Shown piece after piece: positions 36,825 to 53,094 of a DNA stretch of 64,000 nucleotides. The first letter of the stretch is position 1. Each line of letters begins with the position of its first letter. The notes beneath the pieces are model-generated. The model was given only the letters and a program-made list of their open reading frames with translations. It did no database searches and was not told the origin of the DNA. Both the position numbers and the translations under genes were made by a program. The stretch is taken from the NCBI GenBank assembly GCA_951406725.2, contig OX597821.1, positions 93,310,001 through 93,374,000 on the forward strand, in the 5' to 3' direction. The stretch is from Octopus vulgaris. Taxonomy: Eukaryota.

Positions 36825-38358
36825 AAAATAGAACCGATATGCCAATTCTATCAAGACTAGTATAAACGCTACACCTTTAAAAATGTTTAGTCCGGTATAT
36901 ATATAATATTATCATACACATGTAAAATTAATTTTGTCGTAATTTGTCATATAGAACCAGTTGACTATATTACAAATTACCATACTATAAAATTAATATT
37001 GTTATAGTTCCACATTATGGACCCAACAGAATAGTGTCACCGTGTTATAAAATGAATATTGTAATAATATTGTTACATCACAGAATCAACTATATCATGA
37101 AATAACTACAATACAAACCCAGCAGGGTATCAATGACAAAACAACATAATATAATGATGACACACATATAAACTCTTAATATGTTACAGCAGGTTCAATC
37201 ATGAATATGCTAATCGCTGTTGCATTTCATCATTGAAGAACAACTTTCAAATGAATGGGTGTTCATAACGTATTCCATTCATTATTGTACAGGGATTTTG
37301 GGACATTTCAACATTGTTGTGTTTGCTCAGTCACAGCTCCTGTGGGCTGATGAATGTAACAACTGTTTGTGGCTCATTACACATTCAGATTCACGGTCGA
37401 ATGTGTTAAGAATTATTATAATGATTTATTAACATTGCATAATGTTGTATAATTACAATCACAATACATTTTTGTCAAATTGAAATATCCTCATTTTTAT
37501 TATGATAATATCACTACAATGTAACACATTAAGGCAACTAATTGACAGAGTCATTAGAGTGTCGAAAATAATGATTTATGGTATTTGTTTCAACCTCTGC
37601 ATTCTGAGTTCAAATCTTGCCAAGGTCATCTTATCCTTTTAAATTCAATAAAAACGTACCAATCTAAGGTGATGGATTGGCAAAAACTGCTAGAAAAACG
37701 TTGCAGTATTTGTCCTGGCTCTGCATTCTGAGTTCAAGTCTTACCTTGACTTGCTTATGTGGTAACGTGAGTGTTTCACTTGATTTAACAAGCACTACTT
37801 GACAGTTCGAGGGCTTTGAAAAGGGTTCACTTTATTGTAGGCATTTGGGTACAGGTTTCCAGTTTGAAGATACTTCTCGCCCACAAGTCTTGCAAACTCT
37901 GAAACGGGTCAAAGGCACTCTCTTCTCTCCTGACCAAAGGAAGAAAAATACATTACAGAAACATTTAAGTTTTATTAGATTTTTATAGTGTCACACAATT
38001 AACTTTTACACAAATACCACATCATAACAGAGGGTCAATCCATTGAGGGAGCATGTATGCAGATCTTAAAAAAGTTAGAGTTAACATCTTGGGTCATGCC
38101 GACTCATAAGGGCCGATTTCCCAGTTACCATGGCGTATAAATTCCCGACCTGTACTGGTCCGTTGCAGGATTCTTTTATTCTTAGATTTGTTTTAGTCAT
38201 TTGACTGCGGCACTGTTGAAGCACCGCCTTTAGTCGAACAAATTGACCCCAGGACAAACCGGTAAGTTATGGGGACGTAAACACACCAACATCGCTTGTC
38301 AAGCGATGGTGGGGGGACAAACGCAAACACACGAACATACACACATATAACACACGTG

Positions 38359-38390
<32 letters not shown>

Positions 38391-38899
38391 CGGTGGGCTT
38401 CTTTCAGTTTCCTTCTACCACATCCACTCACAAGGCTCTGGTCAGATCGAAGCTATAATAGAAGACACTTACCCAAGGTGCTACGCAGTGGGACTGAACC
38501 CAGAACCATGTGGCTGGTAAGCAAGCTACTTACCACACAGCCACACCTGCGCCTATATTACTCATTTTTGTCAGCTAAGTGGACTGGAGCAGCGTAAAAT
38601 GACGTGTTTTGCTCAAGAACACAATGCATCGCCCGGTCCAGGAATCGAAATCACAGTTTTACGATCATGATTCCAACACCCTAATCACTAAACCACATGG
38701 TTGCTTGGTTGTGTTTCCATCATGCAATATCATTATCATACAATGTGTCATTCATTTTTCAATAATCTATGAAAGCATGTCCGGTTAGGGAAAGTATTAA
38801 CTTACTTGGAAACAGGTGAGGGTTATTGACAGGAAGTGCATCCGACTGCCTCGATTAATTCCGTCTAACCCATGCAGGCATTTAAAAATGGACAAAGAA

Positions 38900-38965
38900 G
38901 ATGATGACAATAATGATAATGACAATGATGATGATATTGACGATGACTGTGGTGGTGGTGGTGCT

Positions 38966-38999
<34 letters not shown>

Positions 39000-39570
39000 C
39001 TGGTGCTGGTGGGTGTTTTGGATGATGGTGGTGATGGTAGTGGTGCTGTTGGTGGCAGATATGACAGCAGCAATGGTGGAAACAGTAGCAGCGGCGGTGG
39101 CAGCGGCACTGGTGACAGTGGTGATGATGGCAGCGGAAGCAGCGGTGGTAGCAGTGGTGACAGTGGCTATGGCAGTGGGGGGTGGTGATGGTGGTGGTAG
39201 TGGTGGTGGTGGTGGTGGTGGTGGTGGTGGTGGTGGTGGTGGTGGTGGTGGTAGTGGTGGTGGTGGTGACGGTAGTGGTGGTAGTGGTGGTGGTGGTAGC
39301 GGTAGTGGTGGTGGTGGTAGTGGTGGTGGTGGTAGCGGTAGTGGTGGTGGTGGTAGTGGTGGTGGTGGTAGCGGTAGTGGTGGTGGTGGTAGTGGTGGTG
39401 GTGGTGGTGGTAGTAGTAGTGGTGGTGGTGGTAGTGGTGGTGGTGGTGGTAGCGGTGGTGGTGGTGGTGGTTTGGAAGGGTGGTTTGCTAGTGATGGTGA
39501 TGATGATGATGATGATTACAATGAAGATAATAACGACGATGATGATGATGAAGATGATGGTGGTGGTACC
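38900..39570. repeat. (GGT)n/(GAT)n microsatellite field
   Basis: Directly visible. Confidence 0.9.
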
Positions 39571-40039
39571 GAATGGTCAGCAGCAGAAATGGCAAAACAC
39601 TACTAAACCCATTGTAGTATTTTCATAGATAGCTTTACAGAATTAGTTCAAACCTTGCCAGTGTCAACTTTGACTTTCCCCTGTCTAGGGGTCAACAAAA
39701 TAAATAGCAATAATATAATGGTGTTGAATTAATTAATTACAAATGTACCCTATGCCGACAAAAAAAATGTCCTTATAACAATGTAACAGATCAATATTTG
39801 CATCACAACATATGCTAGACAGTCTTCTCAAATACAAACAACATCTCCGTCACCAATTCAACAATGTCTTCATTGTTTGTTTCAAAATTTCCAGACTTTC
39901 AATAATAATGGTTAAAACTGATGGCATGAAAAACAGGGAGACGGATAGTGGTAAACAAAGAACAGTGGAGAAACTTGTCTTTATGTCTGTTTGAGTGTGA
40001 GTGTATGTATGTATGCATATGTCCACGCGTGATTGTGTG

Positions 40040-40112
<73 letters not shown>

Positions 40113-40117
40113 TTATG

Positions 40118-40154
<37 letters not shown>

Positions 40155-40180
40155 GTGTGTGTGTCTGTGTGTGTATATAC

Positions 40181-40242
<62 letters not shown>

Positions 40243-40558
40243 ACACAAAGCGTAGCAACATGAATGTAATATAGAGATTTTACATATGTATTGAGATATA
40301 TGAATGTCGATCAAATGTGCGTGTATGGAGTATGTGTTTATGTATAAATGTATGTGTGTATACATACGTACACACACACGCACACACATACACATATATA
40401 CACATAGACGTGCTGGTAAGTACAGGTTTTTAAGCATGAAACTAATACTTATATCTTATTTTCATATCGTTTTATTTGTTGTTATTCATATTAATTTTGA
40501 ACCTTTATATATTGGTATGTATGTATCTATTTTTATATTACACAAAGACACACACACA

Positions 40559-40636
<78 letters not shown>

Positions 40637-41106
40637 AATATACATGCATATATACATACATAATTATATAATTATATATATATGTGTGCACACACACATA
40701 TACACACACACTCATAAATGTATATGTTTATGTGTTTTCTGAAAGAGTAGAAATAACATTTCTTCATTTTAGTTGCTTTAATGGGAGAATACTGGAAAAT
40801 TTCGATAAATAAAAGAAATGAACGGATAAATAAGTTTTGAAGAACACCTGTTCATTATTAGATACCGCGTTGAGTTTGTTTTTTTTTTTTTAATTTAAAA
40901 TCTCAGTGGAGAAGAGGCAGGGGTATAGATATTGAACAATGGTAGAAAACAAATGACAAGTACCAACAGAGATTAACGTTCAATTTATCAAATTCTAACT
41001 GTACAAAAAAAGTTAAATGGCTTCTGTCTTCTTAGTAGCAACCTCCTACCCAAGTTGTTTGAATGATGTATCAAGACATTTCACACACCTGCTTGAATAA
41101 CGTTTA

Positions 41107-41237
<131 letters not shown>

Positions 41238-42609
41238 TGTATGTGTATTTCTGCGTATGTGTGCATGCATTAGTGTGTTGGTGAATGTATAAACACAAAT
41301 TTTGATAAACATACTTATCCATAACGCAGTGAAAGGATGGAGATGAAAGAGTGGTGGTAGAAAATATAAATAGATTTTGGTAACGATCTGTAAATATGTA
41401 TATATATACTTTTCATTTTGTGTTATGCACGCCCACACACACGCCCGCCCGCCCGCACGCACACACATTGAGATACACTCTTTTTCCCACTCTTTTACTT
41501 GTTTCAGTCATTTGACTGCGGCCATGCTGGAGCACCGCCCTTAATCGAGCAACTCGACCCCGGGACCTATTCTTTTTGTAAGCCCAGTACTTATTCTATC
41601 GGTCTCTTTTTGCCGAACCGCTAGGTAACGGGGACATAAACACACCAGCATCGGTTGTCAAGCAATGCTAGGGGGACAAACACAGACACACAAACACACA
41701 CACGCATATACATATATATACATATATACGACGGGCTTCTTTCAGTTTCCGTCTACCAAATCCATTCACAAGGCTTTGGTCGGCCCGAGGCTATAGTAGA
41801 AGACACTTGCCCAAGGTGCCACGCAGTGGGACTGAACCCAGAACCATGTGGTTGGTAAACAAGCTACTTACCACACAGCCACTCCTGCGCCTATTTTATG
41901 ACAGTTTGGCTCAGCTTCAAATTAGCTTAAGTTTCGTGGGCATAGAACACATCATCAGATGTTCAGAGCTGAGTTAAACTATTATTAAATGCATATGACT
42001 CCACCCAAATATGTTGAGCACTACTTTCATTCATATATTTACTCAATTGTGTGTGTGTGTGTGTGTATGCATGTATATATGTATGCGTGCATGTATGCAT
42101 ATATGTGTGTATGTATTAAAGAGTTTTTGTAAGGGGAAAATATATGTGACAGTAGACTGAACTAACGTATGAAATCATAAATTTATAAAATAATAGATTA
42201 CGTTATGAAATTCTGCATTTCAACTTCATTTTTCTTTTCAGATCATCTTTATAGGTGTTATATTTATTCTGGTTAAAAGAATTGCCGTGCAGGATACAAA
42301 ACTCATATAATTGGTAGTGATGTTTTATATAACAGCGATCAGCCACCAGGGTGGTGCACAATTTCTATGCTTTTGTGTCATCCACACATTGCAAATGGAG
42401 ATTTTACATTTCTTTCATCATTCTAGAAAAGTTTTTCGTTTATATAATTTTAAATATGTTTTTTGAATGTAACACAATCATTAAATAAGACATATATCAG
42501 GTGTGGGTTATGTATGCTGGGGAAGGAGGTATAATAAAATGGTGTGCACTCCCCTCATAAATGCTAAAGTACTAAAAGCATTTTTTGTAAGTTTATGCCG
42601 ACAGACTAT

Positions 42610-43780
42610 GATAATTTAACATATCGACATAGTCTACTGACAAAAGACATGAACAGTCATGGAAACAAAAGTTTCCCCGACATATGCCAACTTAGTCATG
42701 TGATACCATGAGCTGAAAATATACGAAAAATCCTCAAAAATTTTTCCACGTTAATTCAGCAGTTAATGGTTTAGGAGAGGTTTCTTGATCATTGTTTCAT
42801 TTTTGAGAGAGAAAAACTGACAGATTGAAGCGATTCCAAAACTTTATAAACATAAGACTTGATATTCAATTCACCATCGAATTCAGTAATTAAAACTCCA
42901 CTACCGAGACATTCTAATAGCAAAATAAATACAATACTAGGAGCTGGTATATATTTTAAACTCATTGACTTACAAAAATACCTCCATTTTATATTATGCC
43001 ATTTGAGGCACGCCGTCAAACCCCGAGAAAGAGACCGATGTCTATATGAAATGAAAAAAATACTTATCATGAGAAAATACCCCATAAAGTTGACTGATTT
43101 TGGCATTAAGAATGTCAAAGAAATTAACATCTAAAAGTTTCAAACAGCAAAATACAAAAAAAAAAAAAGAAAGAAAGAAAAGGAAAACTTGCTACTCCAT
43201 AGATTTCAATCTTTAACCCAAAGAGCACCGAAATTTTCGTCAACATCTTTATAAACCTATCAATACCATTACAGGACAGAAAGAGTCTTGGAAAAATATC
43301 TAAAATGCAAGAAGCAAGCGAAATCACTAAAAAGGATATTGACCAACACAAAACTACATCCATAAGTGATGTACCCTAAAGTCAGTAAATGCAACCAGCC
43401 AGACTCTGGAACATGTAGCAACCTATTGAAGGGTCCCGAATTTATCTTCTAAAAGAGTCCTGCCTTCAAAATTAAAAGCAATTTCTGTGACAACTCAGAC
43501 AACCTATTATACAATATACCTTGTAAAGGTTTCCAAGAACACTACATCGGAAAAGCCCGTACGATACTCAGAAAAAATGACAGTACATCGCCAGCAAATC
43601 TAGGAACCATACACAAGAAAAATAACCCTGAATGAACATATAAGAAATTGATCTTACCGAACTATTCAGTCTTCCAACTCTAGCACTGTGGTAACTCGAC
43701 AATGGACCGGCAATAGAACAAGAGAGAAATATACTTTATTAAAAAAATACAAACTGAAACTTAATGTATTACGCTTTAAT
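42610..43780 (+). pseudogene. Decayed Penelope-like element (RT + Cys linker + GIY-YIG endonuclease; Neptune-like)
   Basis: Frameshifted motifs TVMETKVSPTYANLVM..ELKIY, RFLDHCF, IQFT, KCNQPDSGTC, NLLYNIPCK..HYIG..TILRK..VHRQQI, REIYFIKK. Confidence 0.8.
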
Positions 43781-44009
43781 TAGCTCACGCCACTAACTAT
43801 ATACACATAGCATTCTTCCAGTTGATAACAATAATACAAAATTTTACTAAGTGGTAAGAATTTTCTGATTGGTAATGAACTGAAATATATTTGTTCATGT
43901 ATTTACACGAATGTTTTTCTTGTGTATTGTTTTGTGAATATATGTATGTTGACACACCAAAGTGTCTGTATGTATGCACATACAAATGTATACATATATA
44001 TGCATAGCC

Positions 44010-44930
44010 ATAGGTGTGGCTGAGTGGTAAGAAGCTTGCTTCCCAACCACATGGTTCTAGGTTAAGTCCCACAGCATGGAATCTTGAGCAAGTGTCTTTT
44101 GCTATAGCCTCAGGCCTACCAAAGCCTTAAGAGTGGATTTGGTAGGCAGGAACTGAAAGAATTCCGTTGTGTCTAGTTCTAGAAATTGTGTTTTGTAAGC
44201 GACAGACTACGTTAATGAGCTTGCAGATATCTACATTCATAAATATTAACAAGCGAAACCATTGGTACGTAGGAAATCGTTTTTTGATTCGTATATTTTC
44301 ATTTTTGCCTTGCTCATTTTTACGTTCTGGCGTTTTTCTGAAATTTTTGTTGAGAACACACTCTTAGTGGTAAGGTAATTTGACGTCTATCTTTAGCACA
44401 TTAGGAGTCCACCTTGGTGGCTATTCCTCTTAATTTTGTATGTGTGTGTGTGTATGTTTCTGTGTATTATGTATTCATGCCTGCATGTATGTATGTATGT
44501 ATCTATGTATGTATTTATGTGTGTGTGTTTTTTCTTGAGAACACACTCTTCGTGGTAAGGCGATTTGACGTCTATCTTTAGCATATTAAGAGTCCACCTT
44601 GGTGGTCATTCCCCTTAATTTTGTGTGTGTGTGTTTCTGTGTATTATGTATGCATGCATGCATGTATGTATGTATGTATGCATCTATGTATGTATTTATG
44701 TGTGTGTGTTTTTGTGTCTGTGTTTGTTCCCCACCATCACCACTTAACAACTGGTCTTGGTGCGTTTATGTCTCCATAACTTAGTGGTTCAGCAAAAGAG
44801 ACCAATAGAATAAGTACTTGGCTGAAGAAGATAAGTCCTAGAGTTAATTTGTTCGACTAAAACCCTTAAAGGTGGAGCACCAGCATGGCCACAGTCTAAC
44901 AACTGAAATGAGTAAAAAAGAAAAAGAAAG
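44010..44930 (+). mobile_element. SINE family A split by a PLE-type insert (about 44170-44620)
   Basis: Head 44013-44165, 3' part 44700-44930; the insert end is duplicated (44350-44440 and 44535-44620). Confidence 0.8.
44207..44272 (+). ncRNA. Hammerhead motif with intact stems, mutated core and long stem-II loop
   Basis: ctacg-UUAAUGA-GCUUG(26 nt)CAAGC-GAAA-CCAUUGG-UA-cgtag. Confidence 0.65.
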
Positions 44931-45057
44931 TATATATACACGTGAGTGTATATATGATGGTATGTGCAGTTGTATATACATTACATGACAATATATGAGG
45001 ATTGAATCAGAGTTATAAATTCAAAATATGTTTACTGGATCGTTATACTGCATTTGG

Positions 45058-45305
45058 ATTGGAGGAATTACAACCGTGTTTCGTGGTCTGCTACCACAAC
45101 AGCTCCTTTATAGGATCCAGTTAGCTCAAGACATCATCAGGAGGAACCACGCCCGGTTTCGGCCCCTACTCCTCTACCGTTTTGACGTGGCGAGCCCCCC
45201 CTTTCGGAGGTGTCTTCAGCTCTGGTGTTGGGTGCATGTCTTCTTTCTTCTTCTTTCTTCTGTTCCCTTGCTTCTTCGATGTATCGTCAGTGAGTGTCAA
45301 CTGGT
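45058..45305. repeat. Unclassified interspersed repeat (second copy at 54598-54830)
   Basis: ggaattacaaccgtgtttc..ctcaagacatcatcaggaggaaccacg.. is shared. Confidence 0.8.
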
Positions 45306-46310
45306 AAAATAAAAAAGCAAAACTCACCAACACCAATATCAATTACATTAAGAACATCAAAAACCTAGGTAGACAGTTTCTGGGAAGAGAATAGCCACTT
45401 TTTTTTTATAAAATCAGAAATCTGTCGCTTTATGTATCTTTGTATTTTTATTCGTGGAGGCACATGGCCAAGTGGTTAGAGCAGCGGGCTCGTGGTTGAG
45501 GGATCGCTGGTTCAAATTTCAGACCGGGCGATGTGTGTTTATGAGCGAAACACCTAAGCTCCTAATGGCTCCGGCAGAAGGTAATGGCAAACTTCTGCTG
45601 ACTCTTTCACCAAAACTTTCTCTCACTCTTTCCTCCTGCATCTTGCAGCTCACCTGCGACGGACCGGCGTCCCGTCCAGGTGGGGAACCTATACACCAAG
45701 GAAACCGGGAAACCTGCCCTTATGAGCCAGGCATGTCTCAAGAAGGAACAAACAATATTTTTTATTCAACATCCTTCACTCTCTTAAAGAACATCAATAT
45801 TCTGCATAAATGGAAATATTTTCTGAAAATGTTAATCAACATGCACCCTCGTTAAGAGAACACATGTAGCAAAAGATATACAAATGAAAAGTTGTCTTGG
45901 AAATGATATAAGTGACATAACTACTTATTTAACTAATCACATGTGAACTCACCACATCGACTTAAAATCAATTCAAAAAATCACTTTGAACTTTTATAAG
46001 CTGAATGACAGCAAAACCAACCTCAGTTACTAAAATATGAATTTTCTTCTGCGCAGTGTCTTTTAGTTACAACATGAACTAAAATTTATTCACTAAAGCT
46101 TTTTATATGGAAACTATTTTTTTTTTTAATGAGCATCATGAAGTAACATGGAATATTTTTGTCTCATCAATATTTTTCTTTTTTTTTTGCTGTTTTTGTT
46201 TTGGATTGTGCATGAAAAACTCACTTTTCAAAAATTCTTGCTAATATTTGTTCAATAAAAATATATGGAAACATTTGTTATGGGGAAACATATTTTTGTA
46301 TCTTTACTTT

Positions 46311-46398
<88 letters not shown>

Positions 46399-46415
46399 CA
46401 TATATACATACATAC

Positions 46416-46459
<44 letters not shown>

Positions 46460-46566
46460 AAAATATATTCGCATCTGATGTTAAAATATAAAAGTTATTT
46501 TATTCAAACAAATATAAATATGTATAAAAATTTAATGCATTTTCATCCTTCTCTTTTTATATCATA

Positions 46567-46606
<40 letters not shown>

Positions 46607-47531
46607 TTGTATTTAGAGAGAGAGAGAAAGAGATGGAGGCATAGTGAGGCTGTGTGGTAAGTAGCTTACTTCCCAACCACACGGTTCCCGGTTCAGTTCC
46701 ACTGCATGGCAACTTGGGCAGGTGTCTTCTACTATAGCCTCAGGTCAATCAAAGCCTTGTGAGTGGATATGATAGGCGGAAACTGAAAGAAATCTGTCAT
46801 ACATATATATATATATATATATGTATGTATGTGTTTGAGTATGTGCTTGTCCCCCTACCATCGCTTGACAACTGATGCTGGTGTGTGACTTAGCAGTTCA
46901 GCAAAAGTGACCAATAGAAAAGTACTAGGCTTACAAAGAATAAGTTCTGGGTTGATTTGTTTGACTAAAAGCAGTGCACCCGCATGGTCGCAGTGAAATG
47001 ACTGAAACAAATAAATGAATACATCATCATCATCGTTTAACATCCGTTTTCCGCGCTAGCACGGGTTAGACGGTTCGACCGGGGTCTTGGAAGCCAGGAG
47101 GCTGCACCAGGCTCCAGTCTGATCTGGCAGTGTTTCTACAGCTGGATGCCCTTCCTAACGCCAACCACTCCGCGAGTGTAGTGAGTGCTTTTTACGTGCC
47201 ACCTGCACAGGTGCCAGGGGGGGGGGGGTCTGGCATTGTATATATACATATATATATATATGTGTGTGTGTATGTATGTGTTTGTGTGTGGGTGGGTGGG
47301 GAGTGTGGTTAGTGCCTCCATATCATGACTTGATATGGTACTTGTAAATGAGTGTCTTTATCAGAGAAGCAGTATTATTTGTTTTCAATTTTTGTGCAGC
47401 TAAGTTCAGCTGGGAAGAAATACTGTCTTGCTGGGAAAAAAGATGAAGGTTGATGACAGGAAGGGCATCCACCTATAAGATAATTGACCTCGATGAATTC
47501 TGTCTGAATCACGCAATCATTGTAAAGTGGT

Positions 47532-48204
47532 ATTTCTTTATTATGATTATAAAAATCGATTACACAGAAGTACAAATACAGGACATACATACAAAAAAAA
47601 ACATTTAAGAGATTCGATTAAAAATTTTTTTCATTTACATTGGGATTATTCATTATAACATAAATGTCCTTTACATGACCGGTAGAACAAACAACAGTAC
47701 ATGAACTTATAATCTCACTGGAGTTTTTACACCCCGGCAATTTATGAGGCCCTGCAGCTTTTATTTCCTCTCCTTCCTCCATGGTCAAGCTGGGTTTCTG
47801 ACACCCACCTTTTTTTCCACTTCCTTCCATCTTTTCTCATACACACCTCGTGGTAAGATCCTCTTTTCCAGCCCCATTTTGCTCTTCAGATGATATCTGA
47901 AGTAAGTGAGCAAGCCGGGGCCGGAGACAAAGGATCCTCTCGCGGTTCCTTCCATTCTTGTTCTCCACATACATTCTTTTACTACTGCAACCGTGCAGTG
48001 AAAACATGCCTCACCTTCCTTCGAGAGTCCAGTTGGCGGTATCATCTTAATCAAAGACTCAGCCGACAGCTGTACTCGTCCCAGATGCGATAACACGTGT
48101 TCTGCGTAACTTATCAAGTCGGACAACTTCCGACAGTGAACAAAAGCGTGCTGGACGGTTTCATCGTCCAACTCGCACCTTGGACACGTCGGTGGCACTG
48201 AAAC
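47532..48204 (-). mobile_element. 5'-truncated L1/Tx1-clade LINE with a 15-bp TSD
   Basis: ORF end CPRCELDDETVQHAFVHC (CCHC); AATAAA next to the 3' end; TSD TCATTGTAAAGTGGT at 47517-47531 and 48205-48219. Confidence 0.9.
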
Positions 48205-48789
48205 TCATTGTAAAGTGGTGTTATATTGATGATGATGACGACGACAATGACAACTACGATGACGACGACGAAGACGATTGTGGCAGGCGGCGGTGGTGGT
48301 GGCAGCAGTGGTGGTGGTGGTGGTGGCAGTGCTGGTTGTGGTGATGGTGATGATGATGATGCATAAAGCCTGGATTTGAAAGCATTAATTAGAATTAGGT
48401 GTTCTGAAAAAAAAAAAAACAGAAAAAAACATGCATGATTAAATGCAAATATTTTGATATAGGTAAATTTTTATGAAAACCATATTTTATTGGTCAAGTG
48501 GTACACTTGTAACAGGAAATGAATGAAGTTGGCGCTTTACGCTGTGGTTGGTTGTAATTGAGAAATGTATCCCCCAACCCATGCCAGGACTGCCCAAAAG
48601 CCATTAGTAAATTGTTTTCTGTGGGAAATTATATCGTAGATACAACCATTCAATCATTTAAAAGCAACCCTATGTCCGGCACCATATTTATGAAATTTTA
48701 TGTATGCATATGTATTTTATGTATGTATGTGTGTGTAATATATATATATATATATTTATATATGTATATGTATATACAAATATGTATAA

Positions 48790-48894
<105 letters not shown>

Positions 48895-48963
48895 AATTTT
48901 GGTAGTAATGACTATGTCCTCTTAGTGTGAGGCATTTATATAATAATGCCTCTATACAATATA

Positions 48964-48998
<35 letters not shown>

Positions 48999-49139
48999 CA
49001 TATATACATATATATACATACATACATGCATGCATACATACATACATACATACTTATATATATACATACAAATATAAAGATAGATTGATAGATAAATAGA
49101 TAGATGGACCAACAGACAGGTACATAGAAAGTTTACTTG

Positions 49140-49661
<522 letters not shown>

Positions 49662-50252
49662 TAAATACCTCATCAGTTTTGGTTCATGATTTATTAATTA
49701 ATTAGGGGATTTGACTTGGCCATATGACCATTAATAGATTACATGCTGTTTTATGATTTTGAGTGTAAATGACACAATTCTGTCTTAATTTCTGTAAGGA
49801 ATACATCATTCAAGATTTGGTGACTCATAACACATTAGTTTGAATGGCCACAACAGGCTATATTATAGGTTTATAATGGGATCATCCATATCATAGTGGT
49901 GTTGTTGTTTAGCCCCAGGTCAGCTCTGGTCAAGCAGACCTATGATCAAAGTGGTCTAGTCTTCCCTGTACCATCTTTATTGATGCTTTAGCATACTTTT
50001 TTATTTGTTTATGTTTTACTTGTTTCAGTCGTTACACTGTTGCCATGCTGGAGCACCACCTTGTAGAATTTTTAGTCGAGTGACTTGACCCCAGTACTTA
50101 ATAATTTTTAAAGCCTGTTACTTATTCTGTCAGTCTGTTTTGCTGAACTGCTAAGTTAGAAGGACATAAACACACCAGCACCAGTTGTCAGGCGTTGGCC
50201 AGGGACAAACACAGACACAAACACACGCACACACACACACACACACACACAT

Positions 50253-50291
<39 letters not shown>

Positions 50292-50708
50292 CACACACAC
50301 ACACACACACACATTCACAACAAGATTCTTTCAGTTTCTGTTAACAAATCTACTTGCAAGGCTTTGGCCAACACAAGGTGCCACACAATGGGACTGAACC
50401 CAGAACCATGCGACTGAGAATCATGCTTTTTACCACACAGCCACGACTGTCACTTCTTTTCTTTTAATAAGCTACATCCTCTGAGAGACATTTGATTGCT
50501 ATTTCTAGGAATTCAAGTAACCATATAAATGGATTTCTAGAAGGTTCGTCCTGTTGACGTTGTTGATGTTTTTGCTATTGTCGATGCTGTTGGATTCAGT
50601 TTCATTGCTGTTGATGTTATTATCATCATCATCAGCATCATCAACAACATCGTCATCGTCGTCGTCGTCATGATCATCATCATGATCATCATCATCATCA
50701 TCATCACC

Positions 50709-50757
<49 letters not shown>

Positions 50758-50759
50758 CC

Positions 50760-50883
<124 letters not shown>

Positions 50884-50949
50884 ACAACAACATCATCATC
50901 GTCATCGTCGTCATTATTATTTTTATTATCATCATTATTATTATTATTA

Positions 50950-50983
<34 letters not shown>

Positions 50984-51051
50984 CATCATTATTGTTGATG
51001 TTGTTGATGATGTTATTATTATTATTGTTATTGTTATTATTATTATTATTA

Positions 51052-51082
<31 letters not shown>

Positions 51083-51090
51083 CATCATCG

Positions 51091-51122
<32 letters not shown>

Positions 51123-51129
51123 ATTATTA

Positions 51130-51161
<32 letters not shown>

Positions 51162-51424
51162 GTTATTGTTATTACTGCAGCTGTTGTTTTTGTTGCTGGA
51201 TAGTGTGTTGTTGTTGACTGCAGTTATGTTGTTGTTGTTGTTGTTGTTAATATTGCTCTTGTTTGTTTCCATTTCCTTCTTGTTTTTCTTTCCCCTCGTC
51301 ATCATATCAATCACACCTTCATTTTTTTTTTCTTTTAACCAATCCAACTCTAATTAACTGTTATCAAATCAATCTCTTTATTTAGTTTCATAATTTTGCT
51401 CTGATCAAAATAAATTAATCACAC

Positions 51425-51487
<63 letters not shown>

Positions 51488-51650
51488 ACACGCATGCAAC
51501 TTACACACTTTGAATAACTTTCTATATATAGACAGAACCTTTATCAGTTTTTCTCTTGTATTTCTTTTCATACATACACACACACTTACACACAGACACA
51601 CACAAACACATACACAAACACATGCACATGCACACACCTCTCTCCCTCTT

Positions 51651-51695
<45 letters not shown>

Positions 51696-51852
51696 TTCTC
51701 ATTCTAGAACATATATGAGTCTGAATGTGTGATAGTATCTTTATCTATTTGTAAGTCGTATATTACTTGTGTGTGTGTGTGTGATGATGATGATGTATAT
51801 ATGTATATATATATATATTTATATATATAATATATATATATTATATATATTT

Positions 51853-51937
<85 letters not shown>

Positions 51938-51967
51938 ATAATATATATATATATATATAATATATAT

Positions 51968-52063
<96 letters not shown>

Positions 52064-52266
52064 GTATGTGTATGTGTGTGTATGAATGTATAAGCACATG
52101 TGCTGAATAGGTATTTGAATATATGGATGTGTTTGTATGAGCATAGTAACACAAGCATGCATGCACACATGCACATGGAAAAATATGCATCAACACACAC
52201 ACGTGCATGTGTGTGTGTGTATAAACGTTTATGTTTATATATGTGTATATGTATGTATACGCACAT

Positions 52267-52299
<33 letters not shown>

Positions 52300-52747
52300 A
52301 TGTAATATAATATATATACACACGCATATACATATAAATACATACGTGTGTGTAAGAGTGTGTATGTGTATGTAAGAGTGTGTATGTGTGTGTGTGTGTG
52401 TGTGTATATGAACAAGGTGGTGGGGGGATCGAAACCAGTCTAATCTTTACAGCTTTTAAGGCGCCACTTAGAAATTGATGAAGGCAAGTTACTGCATCTG
52501 ACATTAGTGTTTAATTAACAAGCTAAGTTACTGAGGTGTCGTCGGTTGTGTGTGGAGGGGGAGGAAAACCATGAATAGTGGTGGAGGGGATGGGAGGGCG
52601 GGCTAAACCACTAGCAACATTATTTTGAGGCAGAAAGAGCATTTTTATTTGTAGCTTTTGTAGTTTTTATTTTATTGTGGGAAGTTTATCGCTTTATTTA
52701 TTTATTTATTTATTTAGTTAAGTTTGTTTTGTTTGTTCTTTTTGTCT

Positions 52748-52778
<31 letters not shown>

Positions 52779-52888
52779 CGTTTTTGTTGTTGTTGTTTTG
52801 TTGTTGTTGTTTTGTTGACGTTGTTGCTGTTGCTAATTAATTTCATTCACTATCGGAAACTATTAGATAACGATTACATTTGATAAAG

Positions 52889-52922
<34 letters not shown>

Positions 52923-52931
52923 GACAACACT

Positions 52932-52963
<32 letters not shown>

Positions 52964-53060
52964 CAGCAGCAACAGTAGCAGCAATGACTGCAAGGTTTTG
53001 ATAAAGGTAGTAAATAACAGTAACTTCAAGAACAATAACCTTTAATGAAAAAATAAAAAA

Positions 53061-53094
<34 letters not shown>

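Noticed and set aside
37752-38029. Possible solo LTR (TG..CA with short inverted ends)
   Set aside because: No TSD and no second copy in the window
39013-39628. Gly/Ser-rich ORFs
   Set aside because: (GGT)n microsatellite open in several frames; no splice or homology support
45060-45150. CTGATGA..GAAAC on the minus strand (also 54600-54685) as a hammerhead
   Set aside because: Flanks are same-sense rather than complementary, so stem I cannot form
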